Shown here piece after piece: positions 18,478 to 28,084 of a stretch of 64,000 nucleotides of DNA. Origin of the DNA: Candidatus Helarchaeota archaeon (lineage in GTDB: Archaea; Asgardarchaeota; Lokiarchaeia; Helarchaeales; RDOG01). Under the pieces are notes generated by a model, which ran no database searches, was not told the origin of the DNA, and worked only from the letters and a program-made list of their open reading frames with translations. Position numbers and translations under genes: made by a program. The stretch's first letter is position 1, and each line of letters begins with the position of its first letter. The stretch is taken from contig JAHPZH010000001.1 of NCBI GenBank assembly GCA_019058315.1, positions 881,432-945,431 of the forward strand, in the 5' to 3' direction.

Positions 18478-19617
18478 TTATTCTAATAGATTCATTACGA
18501 TATCGTGGAGGTCTAATAGGGTTATATTTCTTCCTTCGATTCCGAGAGCCAGATTGTCGAAACAAGCTGGACAGGATGTAACAATAACCTCTGCTCCTGC
18601 TTCTATATATTTATCTACTACGCTTTTTGAGATCTTTTTTGCGGTTTCTGGATATGCCGCTTTACACAGTCCTCCTCCACCACAGCAATAAGCATCAGCC
18701 TTTTCTCGCTCTAATTCGATTAACTCAAGACCCGGAATGCTTTTTAAAATAATCCTAGGAGCTTCATAAATTCCACTGTGTCTTCCTAATTCACAAGGAT
18801 CTTGAAAAACTACTTTTTTCTTAAATTCTTTTTCGATTTTTAATTTTCCTTCCTTTACTAAATCAGCGAGAACTTCTGTTGAATGTAAAATTTCAAATGG
18901 AAGATCTTTTTTAATTTTCTTATAATCGTCATTCCATGCTTTATAACAACCTGGACATGTAGTTATGATTTTTTTAACACCTAAAGAAGACATTTTTTCA
19001 GTGTTATGTTCTAATAACTCATTGACTTTTTCATCCTTTAGCCCTAAAAGAAAATATGGTGCACCACAACACCATTCGTCTTTACCAAGGAGTGTATAAT
19101 CATAATTCAACTTGTTGAATATTTTTACTAATGCTTCAGGAATGTTATAAAGTGAACCCTTGAATGATTCTTGACAACCAACGAAAATTGCATTTTCTGA
19201 TTGCTTATTTATTTTATCTTTAATTTCATCTTCAATATCTGATGCCCAGTCCATTCGATCCTCGTTATCTAACATAAAAACATTTTTTTCTCCTATAATA
19301 CTATTAATTAATTGTGTCAAGTTTTCTGGACCTTCGCCCTTATCAAGGATATATTTTCTAGTAGCTTTAATAGTTTCGACTACATCAACGCCTGAAGGAC
19401 AACTATTATTACATAAACCACATAATGTACAAGAAAATATTATATCTTTTACTTTTTGTGTTATTCCCAAATTATTTAAATACAAATTTCCTGCTATTGT
19501 CATTCGAGAGCGTGGAGAAAGTGCTTCTGTTATATCAGTTCTAAATAGAGTGCATAATTGTCTGCAACCACCGCAATTATTACATAAGTAATAATATTTA
19601 ATCATCTCTTCGCTCAT
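18478..19617 (-). CDS. Fe-S oxidoreductase with CCG domains (GlcF/HdrD-like)
   Basis: CNNCGGCRQLC, CTLCGLCNNSCP, WCCG, DPCELGR, CCGGGG. Confidence 0.9.
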   Translation of the reverse strand: MSEEMIKYYYLCNNCGGCRQLCTLFRTDITEALSPRSRMTIAGNLYLNNLGITQKVKDIIFSCTLCGLCNNSCPSGVDVVETIKATRKYILDKGEGPENLTQLINSIIGEKNVFMLDNEDRMDWASDIEDEIKDKINKQSENAIFVGCQESFKGSLYNIPEALVKIFNKLNYDYTLLGKDEWCCGAPYFLLGLKDEKVNELLEHNTEKMSSLGVKKIITTCPGCYKAWNDDYKKIKKDLPFEILHSTEVLADLVKEGKLKIEKEFKKKVVFQDPCELGRHSGIYEAPRIILKSIPGLELIELEREKADAYCCGGGGLCKAAYPETAKKISKSVVDKYIEAGAEVIVTSCPACFDNLALGIEGRNITLLDLHDIVMNLLE

Positions 19618-21146
19618 CTTTTTTCACCTAACTCCTCAAAATTTATAATTTTTGGAATTTCTTCACTTAATGCCATCTTTCCTGGATTTAAAATATTATT
19701 TGGATCGAATGCACGTTTAATCATTCTCATAGCTTCAATAGTTTCTTTTCCAAATTCTTTTTCTAAGAATCCTTGTTTCCATAATCCTATTCCATGTTCA
19801 GCTGTTATTGTCCCACCTAGTGAAAAGACTAAATCAAGTATCTTCTCTTGAAATCCTTTTATTTTAGGCATATTTTCATCAGTCATATTTTGTGCTGATA
19901 TTAGGTGAACATTACCATCCATAACATGGCCGAAAGTAACAGGTAAAAAACCATAAGAGGTGGATATTTCTTTCGCTTTTTTTAAGAATTCGGGAACTTT
20001 TTTAGGAGGAACAGCTATATCTAATATTGCTGGGATAAACATTCTTGGAAGCGTGGGTGGAGCCATACTTCTAGCTAACCCAGGTCCCGCATTGTGACGA
20101 GCATTCCAAAGGATCTCTTGGTCAATTGGAGTATCTAATAATAAAGTCTTTGGTGGATTTTCAGCAAATAATTCACTATTTAATAAATTCTGTAAGCTTT
20201 CTAGATCTTGTTTTACATTTTTCTCATTAGTTCCAATGATTTTAATTAATAAAGTTCCCGCTTTCTTAGGAACTTTCATTTTTTTCTTAATTTTACCTTG
20301 TTTTAATTGAAACTTGAAATTTTTATTCATCCCATCTAATGTCATTTCATCCGCATACTCAAGAAGGGCTAAATTCACTCCCAAATCTCTAATTCTTTCA
20401 ATTGCTTCAAAACATTTATCCACATCTCCAAATGAAACAACTATTGAAACCTCATGCTTTGGATATGGTTGAATTTTTAGAGTAATTTCCGTAAAAATTC
20501 CTAATGTCCCTTCAGAACCAACAAACAAAGAAGTTAGATCATAACCCGAAACTGATTTTTCAGTTCCTTTTCTGTGGTTACCCGTTCTAATTACTTTTCC
20601 ATTTGCTAGTACTACCTCTAATCCTTTGGTATAATCCCTTGTCGTACCAAATCGGAAACTAGTTGCGCCAGATGCATTATTTCCCACCATTCCTCCAATC
20701 ATACATGCAAATGCACTCCCTGGTTCTGCTGGAAAGAAATATCCTTTTTTTGCCAATTCATGCTGTAAATACCAAAATTCAACTCCTGGTTCAACAACAC
20801 AATCTTCCTCATCTAAGTTTATTTCTAGTATTTTATTCATATTTTTTCCAAAATCCATCATAATCGTATTCGGATAAACAGGCAAAACTTGCCCACCATA
20901 TGAAGTATTTGCTGCACGTGGGATTATGGGAATTTTATTATCATTTGCATAATTTAGTATCTTGATTATTTCTTCCTTATTTTTTGGAGTTACTAAAAAT
21001 CCAGCTTTAAAGCTAATATCTTTATAAATCGCCTCTAAACCTTTAGCTATCCAATCACCAGTTGCAATTAAATCAGCATCATCAATAGAAACATCATTTT
21101 TGCCGCAAATATCAACTAATTTATTGTAAATTTCATCTTTATTCAT
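19614..21146 (-). CDS. FAD-linked oxidase (GlcD/D-lactate dehydrogenase family)
   Basis: IGGMVGNNASG, GSEGTLG, GHVMDGNVH, AEHGIG, DPNNILNPGK. Confidence 0.92.
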   Translation of the reverse strand: MNKDEIYNKLVDICGKNDVSIDDADLIATGDWIAKGLEAIYKDISFKAGFLVTPKNKEEIIKILNYANDNKIPIIPRAANTSYGGQVLPVYPNTIMMDFGKNMNKILEINLDEEDCVVEPGVEFWYLQHELAKKGYFFPAEPGSAFACMIGGMVGNNASGATSFRFGTTRDYTKGLEVVLANGKVIRTGNHRKGTEKSVSGYDLTSLFVGSEGTLGIFTEITLKIQPYPKHEVSIVVSFGDVDKCFEAIERIRDLGVNLALLEYADEMTLDGMNKNFKFQLKQGKIKKKMKVPKKAGTLLIKIIGTNEKNVKQDLESLQNLLNSELFAENPPKTLLLDTPIDQEILWNARHNAGPGLARSMAPPTLPRMFIPAILDIAVPPKKVPEFLKKAKEISTSYGFLPVTFGHVMDGNVHLISAQNMTDENMPKIKGFQEKILDLVFSLGGTITAEHGIGLWKQGFLEKEFGKETIEAMRMIKRAFDPNNILNPGKMALSEEIPKIINFEELGEKR

Positions 21147-21329
21147 AATAATCGCCTTAATCTTTATTAAATGAATTAATAAATCAATTCAGTGAAAAAA
21201 ATCTTTCCTACTTATTAAATACTCATAATGAAAAAAATTATATAAATAATTTAAAATAATATCAGAAAAAACCTAACATAATTAATTATTTCCATTACTA
21301 ATTAATTAAATATTAATGAGGGAAAAAAA

Positions 21330-22112
21330 TTGGCGTTTAATTTGGAATACATTTGGAAATCATTTTCAGATGATATAATGAAAATGTTAACAGGTTATAT
21401 GGGTTTTATAACTCCTCTTTGGATTGTTGGGACAATCATATTGGCTATAGATTTATTTTTAGGAATTTATTGTATGTATATAATAATGAAAAAATATAGG
21501 GAAACCGAAGATATTAACACATTAATTTTTTTCACTTCTGGATTAAGTTTATTTATTTCCCTTGGTATTTTAACTGTTCTTAATTTTGCCTTTCCAACTA
21601 GTTATATGACAGAACTAAGACAAAGTTTAGCAATTACTGGGCTCTTATCTGCCGTAACTAGTATGACAATTCTTGATTTATTTGCATTTCGTTCTACTTA
21701 TCCTGAACATGTTAAACTTTTAACTGCTTTTGTTGTTATATTGAGTGTTATTTTTGCAGGAGCTTCAATCTGGGCAGGTATTGAAGGACCCCCATCTATT
21801 ATGTATCACCCAACCTTACTAATAATAAGTTATTGTACGTTAATTGGTCCTGCGGCAATAGGACCAGCAATTTTCTTCTATTATGCTATAAAAGTCAAGA
21901 AAGAGGATAAGCCAAAAAGTGATTTATCTTTTACATTTGGGCTAGGGCTTTTATTGGCAGTTATAAGTGTAATTAGTGAATTGGGCATGATTAGTGCTGA
22001 AGTTTTTGTAATGACAGTTTTTCGATTCCTGGGTTTGGCATTTATAATTATTTTCGTCATTGTTTGGAAAATGCCAGATTGGTATAAACGCATGATTGGA
22101 TGGTCTGATTAA
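21330..22112 (+). CDS. ~7-TM hypothetical membrane protein
   Basis: Seven hydrophobic segments ending in MPDW. Confidence 0.7.
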   Translation: MAFNLEYIWKSFSDDIMKMLTGYMGFITPLWIVGTIILAIDLFLGIYCMYIIMKKYRETEDINTLIFFTSGLSLFISLGILTVLNFAFPTSYMTELRQSLAITGLLSAVTSMTILDLFAFRSTYPEHVKLLTAFVVILSVIFAGASIWAGIEGPPSIMYHPTLLIISYCTLIGPAAIGPAIFFYYAIKVKKEDKPKSDLSFTFGLGLLLAVISVISELGMISAEVFVMTVFRFLGLAFIIIFVIVWKMPDWYKRMIGWSD

Positions 22113-22180
22113 TCATATTTTAACTACAAGCTATACCTTACAATATTAATATAAAAAATAAAAATTATTGATATATTGAA

Positions 22181-22939
22181 GTGAAAAATTTGTCAGATGA
22201 AAATTCCAATATGTTTTTCGTGGGTTGTACAATCTCATACTCCTATCCTAGAGCAGCACAATTAATGACAAAGATTCTAGCTAAATACGGAATGAAATAT
22301 GGAACTTATGATGATGAACCATGTTGCGGCGGTGTGTTATTTAAATTGGGGCAATCTAAAGAAGCGGAAGAAAAGGTGAGAAAAAATATACAATATTTTA
22401 AAAATCTTGGAATTAAAAGAATAGTAACAAATTGTCCTGAATGCTATATGGCATTTAAAAAAGAATATACTAAAATTGACCCCAATTTTGATAAAGAAAT
22501 TGAAATTTTACATTATACCACACTTTTTGCAAACCTTATACGCGAAAAGAAAATGATCTTTGAGAAAGAGGTTCCAATTAAAGCTACATATCATGATCCA
22601 TGTGAACTTGGACGTCATATGGAAATTTATGAAGATCCTCGAATTGTTATTAAAGCTATACCAGGTATTCAATTTAAGGAATTAAAAAGAAATCTTGAAT
22701 ATACTCAATGTTGTGGAGGACCAATTCGAATTCCGTATGTTCAATTAAGAAACATTTTAACAAAAAGTATTTTAAAAGAGGCTAAGAGGAATTATTTGGT
22801 CACAGCTTGTCCAGCTTGTTATTATAATTTTCGAGCTGTAAAAGAACTTTTAGGAGCAAAAAGCATACCAATTGATTTAGTTGAATTAGTGGCATATGCT
22901 TTAGATTTAATCCCTAATTTATTGGAGGAAAATGAATAG
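22181..22939 (+). CDS. CCG-domain Fe-S protein (LutA/HdrB-like)
   Basis: FVGC, PCCG, CPEC, YHDPCELGR, CCGG, ACPAC. Confidence 0.88.
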   Translation: MKNLSDENSNMFFVGCTISYSYPRAAQLMTKILAKYGMKYGTYDDEPCCGGVLFKLGQSKEAEEKVRKNIQYFKNLGIKRIVTNCPECYMAFKKEYTKIDPNFDKEIEILHYTTLFANLIREKKMIFEKEVPIKATYHDPCELGRHMEIYEDPRIVIKAIPGIQFKELKRNLEYTQCCGGPIRIPYVQLRNILTKSILKEAKRNYLVTACPACYYNFRAVKELLGAKSIPIDLVELVAYALDLIPNLLEENE

Positions 22940-24223
22940 GTGATGTTTATGTCAATTTATGAAGATTTAATGAATATCATTGATAAAGAAATAGAAGAAA
23001 GTGGCAGAATAACTACGCTTTTACAATTGGGAGCTTCTAGTATTATTGAAAGGATTAAAAAGCTAAAGCCTGAATTTGAAGAATTTAAAAGAATTAAACA
23101 TTATTCAATAGACCATTTAGATGAATTGGTAGAACAAGCAACCGAATCATTAAAAGCGGCAGATTGTAAGGTTTTTTATGCAAAAACCGCAGAGGATGCA
23201 TTGTCTTATATTTTAGATGTATTAGGAGAGGAGAAGATGGTAGTAAAATCAAAATCAAATACAGCAAAAGAAATTGGTTTGCTTGAGAAATTTGAGGAAT
23301 TGGGAATTGAAATTATTGAAACCGATCTTGGAGATCGTATTGTTCAATTAATGAAAGCTCGACCTAGCCATCCTATGGGTCCAGGAGTTCATTTAATGCC
23401 TGTCGATATTGCTGCTGCCTTCTCAAAACAGTATAATCAAGATGTAGAACCAACTGCTGAGGCTATAATTAAAATAGCTAGAGTAGGAATTCGAGAAAAA
23501 ATATTAAAAGCTCATGTTGGAATTACTGGGGCTAATGTTATAGTTGCTGAAGAAGGGATGATTGGTCTAATTGAAAATGAAGGTAATATTTCCTTAATTA
23601 CTCGTTTACCTGAAAAGCATATTTGTATTGCTGGCATCGATAAAATAGTACCCACCTGGAAGGATGCAGTTGAAGTTTGTAAAGTTGCCGAGAAGACCAT
23701 AAGCCTTAGAGGTGCCTATATCTCATTCATAAGAGGTCCAAGCCGAACGGGGGATATTCAAGGTCGAGAAGTTCTTGGTATGCATGGTGCAAAAGAAGTT
23801 CATGTCGTATTAGTAGATCAATATAGGACAAAAGCATTAAAAGAAAGCTTTAAGGAGTTGTTGTATTGTATTAATTGTGGGGCCTGTTTTCTTTCATGTT
23901 TAATTAGTAATTATATAGGATTAGGAACCTTCGGATCAAAAATTGCTCGAGGTCCTATTGGGATTATAAAGACTGCTTTTATTAAAGGTATAGAAGAAGC
24001 TGTAAAAGCTGGATTATATGTCTGTGCTCAATGTAAACAATGTAGCGAAACGTGTCCTTCTGGAATAAATATTTACGAATTAAATCAAAAAGTGCGAGAA
24101 AAAGCTGTTCAACAAGGATTTATAATGCCCGAACATGAAGAAATTGTTAAAAATATTAAAGAAAAGGATAATCCCTTCGGTCAAAAATTAGAAGATAAAA
24201 TGAAGTGGCGAGAGAGTGGATAA
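22940..24223 (+). CDS. LUD-domain Fe-S protein (LutB/LldF-like)
   Basis: KSKS, ETDLG, ENEGN, GPSRTGDI, CINCGAC, CAQCKQCSETCP. Confidence 0.88.
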   Translation: MMFMSIYEDLMNIIDKEIEESGRITTLLQLGASSIIERIKKLKPEFEEFKRIKHYSIDHLDELVEQATESLKAADCKVFYAKTAEDALSYILDVLGEEKMVVKSKSNTAKEIGLLEKFEELGIEIIETDLGDRIVQLMKARPSHPMGPGVHLMPVDIAAAFSKQYNQDVEPTAEAIIKIARVGIREKILKAHVGITGANVIVAEEGMIGLIENEGNISLITRLPEKHICIAGIDKIVPTWKDAVEVCKVAEKTISLRGAYISFIRGPSRTGDIQGREVLGMHGAKEVHVVLVDQYRTKALKESFKELLYCINCGACFLSCLISNYIGLGTFGSKIARGPIGIIKTAFIKGIEEAVKAGLYVCAQCKQCSETCPSGINIYELNQKVREKAVQQGFIMPEHEEIVKNIKEKDNPFGQKLEDKMKWRESG

Positions 24224-24269
24224 AATAATATTTTTAACTTAATTTATTAAGAATGTGAGTTGAATTAGA

Positions 24270-24431
24270 ATGAAAATTAAAAAATATCTCATATATGTTC
24301 CAATATTCGCATTTTTCACAGTTATAATTCTAATAATGTTGCTGTATATACATCCCCAAAATATTAATCAAAAGAATATGGAAATCCTTCTCTCAAATTT
24401 CATTTTTAGATATTTATATGGATTTAAATAA
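24270..24431 (+). CDS. putative 53-aa single-pass membrane protein or gene remnant
   Basis: MKIKKYLIYVPIFAFFTVIILIMLLYIHPQ...; basic N-terminus followed by a hydrophobic stretch. Confidence 0.35.
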   Translation: MKIKKYLIYVPIFAFFTVIILIMLLYIHPQNINQKNMEILLSNFIFRYLYGFK

Positions 24432-24642
24432 TATGAACCAAGTATTTTTAAAAAAATCTTTAATAATTATCTATTTGATTTATTTCTAACATTTAATTAA
24501 TTCATAATTTAAGCTTCAAGTAAAAAATAGTAGTTTAATAAGAATTCTCTAAAAATACCATAAGTAATATAAGTTATATGAAATAATAAGTTATTATAAA
24601 ATTACAAATCCAGACCTAAATACAAATTGGAGGTCACTCTCA

Positions 24643-25065
24643 ATTAAAAAGAAATCAGCTATACTCTTGGGTATGACTATTTGTCTAATGATATTGCCAT
24701 TATTTTACTTAGAATGCAATTTAAATATTTCACTAGCTAATATCTTACCCAATATATTTCAGAAACCTTCAACTCCCCGTGATCTTCCCTCTATTAAAAG
24801 TTCTACAGGAACACAAAGCGATAAAGTTAAAACACAAGTTGAGGTTGAAGATTGGCCGATTACTGTTATTGGTAACTCCATTTATTATGAATGGGATTTG
24901 TTAAACGGAACTGGACGAATTGCATGGAGTGGGACTACATTTGACCCATTAAATATCCAAATTTCTAACACAGAAGAAGGATTTGATCTATATATGTCAT
25001 TTTCCTTTGATAGTCTTGAGTGGGGAAAATCTTTGACATATTTAGGATATGCTGTACCATTCTAA
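24643..25065 (+). CDS. secreted hypothetical protein, possibly a truncated surface protein
   Basis: SD GGAGGT at 24629-24634 and ATT at 24643 give (M)KKKSAILLGMTICLMILPLFYL, a signal-peptide-like start. Confidence 0.55.
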   Translation: MKKKSAILLGMTICLMILPLFYLECNLNISLANILPNIFQKPSTPRDLPSIKSSTGTQSDKVKTQVEVEDWPITVIGNSIYYEWDLLNGTGRIAWSGTTFDPLNIQISNTEEGFDLYMSFSFDSLEWGKSLTYLGYAVPF

Positions 25066-25081
25066 TCTAATTAAGATAGAG

Positions 25082-26443
25082 TTATAAATTATTTAAAGTA
25101 TCATTTACTAGTTTTTTTGCAAATTCTTCTAATTCTTGGATTCTTTGTTTCGTCTTTGCTTCTGCCATTATCCTAAAAATCGGTTCAGTTCCCGATGGGC
25201 GTAATAATAACCAACCATCTGAATAATTAATGCGAAGACCATCTATGGTTATTAAATCTTGGTCTTTGGGGATTTTTTCTTCAATTTTTTTTAATAAAAT
25301 TTCTTTTTTATCATTTGGACAAGGTATTTTAACTTTTATTTGTTCATATTGTGGGAGCATTTCATTTAATTCCTTAAATGATTTATTTTCTTTTGCCATT
25401 AATTCTAAAATTAAAGCAGTGGTAAAGATTCCATCCCTTGCATAGGACCAACCTTTATAAATTACTCCGCCATTTTCCTCCCCACCAATTTCTGCGTTAT
25501 TTTTTTTCATCATTTCAACAATTTTTGGTTCACCCACAATGGAATAAAGCACACGTGCATTTACTAATTTTGCAGCGTCCTCTACTACTGTACCAGTAGA
25601 AACTGTCGAAACAATAGTTCCCCCTCTATTTTTCAAAAAAGCATAACATGCCAGAGCAAATGAACGGTCACCCATTTGGTAAAATCCTTCATTATCGATA
25701 TGTACTGCTCTGTCTGCATCTCCATCTTGGGCTACTCCTAGATCTGCACTTGTTTCTTTGACTAATTTCTTAATTTCACTTAAATTTTCTTCTATTGGCT
25801 CTGAACTTCTTCCTGGAAATGTGCCATCAGGTTCATTAAATAAAGGTATTACATTACATCCTAATGCCTGAAGTAATTGAGGGGTAATATAACAAGCACA
25901 ACCATGGCCACAATCAGCTACAACAGTAAAGTTGGCCTTTTTAATAGCCTCCCAATCAATCTTCGCCTTAACATTTTGTATGTATTCTGTATTTAAATTT
26001 TCAATAGTCTTAATTTTATTGTATTTTGGTTTAACTGCATTGAAACTTCGACTATAATAAATTTTTTCAAGTTCTCTATCTTGCTCCATTCTAAATCCTG
26101 AACCGTCCGCATTCCAGAACTTAAGACCATTATATTCTTTGGGATTATGGCTGGCAGTAATCATGACTCCACCATCCATATTTTTACGTGGAATGAAGAA
26201 TGATAAAAGAGGTGTTCCGACGCAACCAAATTTATATACCTCACAACCTGTAGAAATCAAACCTTTTATTAACTCTACTTGTAATTCGTCGCAAGAAACT
26301 CTGGTATCATGTCCTATTCCAATTTTTTTACCTTTTCCAAGGTAAGTCCCTAAAGCATGACCCAAGAGATTAGCAGTTTCAGGAAATAATTCTTTATTAA
26401 AAATTCCTCTTACTCCGAAAGTACCAAAAATTTTTTTTACCAA
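25082..26443 (-). CDS. glmM: phosphoglucosamine mutase / phosphohexomutase
   Basis: FGTFGVRG, TASHNP, DGDADR, GGEENGG, RPSGTEP; lies near glmS. Confidence 0.85.
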   Translation of the reverse strand: MVKKIFGTFGVRGIFNKELFPETANLLGHALGTYLGKGKKIGIGHDTRVSCDELQVELIKGLISTGCEVYKFGCVGTPLLSFFIPRKNMDGGVMITASHNPKEYNGLKFWNADGSGFRMEQDRELEKIYYSRSFNAVKPKYNKIKTIENLNTEYIQNVKAKIDWEAIKKANFTVVADCGHGCACYITPQLLQALGCNVIPLFNEPDGTFPGRSSEPIEENLSEIKKLVKETSADLGVAQDGDADRAVHIDNEGFYQMGDRSFALACYAFLKNRGGTIVSTVSTGTVVEDAAKLVNARVLYSIVGEPKIVEMMKKNNAEIGGEENGGVIYKGWSYARDGIFTTALILELMAKENKSFKELNEMLPQYEQIKVKIPCPNDKKEILLKKIEEKIPKDQDLITIDGLRINYSDGWLLLRPSGTEPIFRIMAEAKTKQRIQELEEFAKKLVNDTLNNL

Positions 26444-26467
26444 ATGAGCTCTTCTCCTTTTTTCAAA

Positions 26468-28081
26468 TTAATATTTTTTTCGTTTAGCTTTCCTTTTTTG
26501 TTCTTTTACAACATCTATTTTTACTCCTAGCTTTTTTTCAAGTTGCTCTATAGTTTTACCCTTTTTACCAATAAGATAAGGGATATCTGATTTATTTAAT
26601 ACAACACTTACGTTGTTTTTACTAGTAAAAAAACACTCAAATTTAGAATTTGGAATAATTTCTTCTATTGCATCCCTGATTTTTTCTATAGCTAAGGTTT
26701 CAACAGATGAGCCTATTCGTTTACCTTTTTCAATTTCAATTATTATTGTTTGTTCTCCATAAGTGTAAATTTCGTATTTTAAAATATTGTTTATATCCCT
26801 AACTTCTACAATCGGGCGAGCTAAATCTGATTCTCTCATACCTGCAGGAACCCTAACTAGAGTCCGGAGGGTATAAATATCTTTAATTATTCCTTTATCA
26901 AGAAAAATTACTGTATCCACAATGTTTGAAATCAATCCAAGTTCTACTCTTGAAAGAAACCGTTGAATTGCATCAATCGGTCTTGAACTGTGAATAACAC
27001 CAACTAATCCAATTCCAGATAACCTCAAATCAGAATATATTTTGAAATCATTAGATTTTCTAATTTCATCAAAAATTACATAGTCAGGACGGACAAGAAG
27101 TAAAATATCATAAATTTTCTCAATATCTTTCTCATCCTTTGTATATTGTGTAATTTCTTTGCTAACTTGAAGATCTCTTGGTTTCTCTAGAGTTTTAACG
27201 ATTTTTTTATTTTCTAAATAGAATTCTGCTAATGCACTTGCAAAAGTAGATTTTCCAGAACCAACTGATCCAGCTATTAATATACCTTCAGCTCTTTCCT
27301 TAAGTCTCTTTATGATTGATTTGGATAAGTCATAATCTTTAATTTGTAATTTAATGATGGGTCTGACTGCTGTTAATTCCAATTTTTTTGAAAATGGCGG
27401 TTGGGTAATAACAACCCGATAATTCCTGAATTGGATAATTAGTACGCCTTCTTTTTCAATCTCTAAAAAGGAATCTTTTTGTTTTTTACTTTTACGCACT
27501 AGAAAATAAATTAAATCATCTAAATCACTTGGTTTAATAGTTTCATCGCTGATTTTTATTAAATTCCATTGGCTTGGATTCCCAACTTTTGCTAATGGGA
27601 TATTTCCCTCTTTTAAATGGATAGACATCATGTCTTTTTCAAATATATCATCTAACATATATTTAGGCTTTCTAGGTTTTTCTCTTAGAAATATTGCATT
27701 TACTCCTTCAATTAGAGCAAAGTCTACTTGGATTTTATCACCTGATAATAATGTGGCTTCATTAATTTTCGCTTCATTTCGGATTAATGCATCAAGTTCA
27801 CCACCACCAGCGAGTTTAATCTCATCTAATGAGGGTCGTTCCCCTGAAAATCGTAGAATAATGTTTCCTTGATTCTTTAATCTTCGTAATGATTCTAATG
27901 TTAAAATACCAATTTTTCCAATTTTTTTGCCAATATTTGCTTGAAATTCAATTTCTGCTAGTACAACTTCTGGAATTATTATCTCAACAGGTAATTTTTC
28001 AGAATTCTGTTTTATAAAATCCAAAATTAATTGATTAACAATAACTGAAGTATCTGGTACGTATTTTTCCATTTTTATCAA
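26468..28081 (-). CDS. PINc/VapC-family ATPase with KH domain (PINA-like)
   Basis: PIN VPDTSVI; Walker A GSVGSGKST; LLVRPDYVIFDEIR; KH IGKKGKTI. Confidence 0.92.
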   Translation of the reverse strand: MIKMEKYVPDTSVIVNQLILDFIKQNSEKLPVEIIIPEVVLAEIEFQANIGKKIGKIGILTLESLRRLKNQGNIILRFSGERPSLDEIKLAGGGELDALIRNEAKINEATLLSGDKIQVDFALIEGVNAIFLREKPRKPKYMLDDIFEKDMMSIHLKEGNIPLAKVGNPSQWNLIKISDETIKPSDLDDLIYFLVRKSKKQKDSFLEIEKEGVLIIQFRNYRVVITQPPFSKKLELTAVRPIIKLQIKDYDLSKSIIKRLKERAEGILIAGSVGSGKSTFASALAEFYLENKKIVKTLEKPRDLQVSKEITQYTKDEKDIEKIYDILLLVRPDYVIFDEIRKSNDFKIYSDLRLSGIGLVGVIHSSRPIDAIQRFLSRVELGLISNIVDTVIFLDKGIIKDIYTLRTLVRVPAGMRESDLARPIVEVRDINNILKYEIYTYGEQTIIIEIEKGKRIGSSVETLAIEKIRDAIEEIIPNSKFECFFTSKNNVSVVLNKSDIPYLIGKKGKTIEQLEKKLGVKIDVVKEQKRKAKRKKY

Positions 28082-28084
28082 ATT

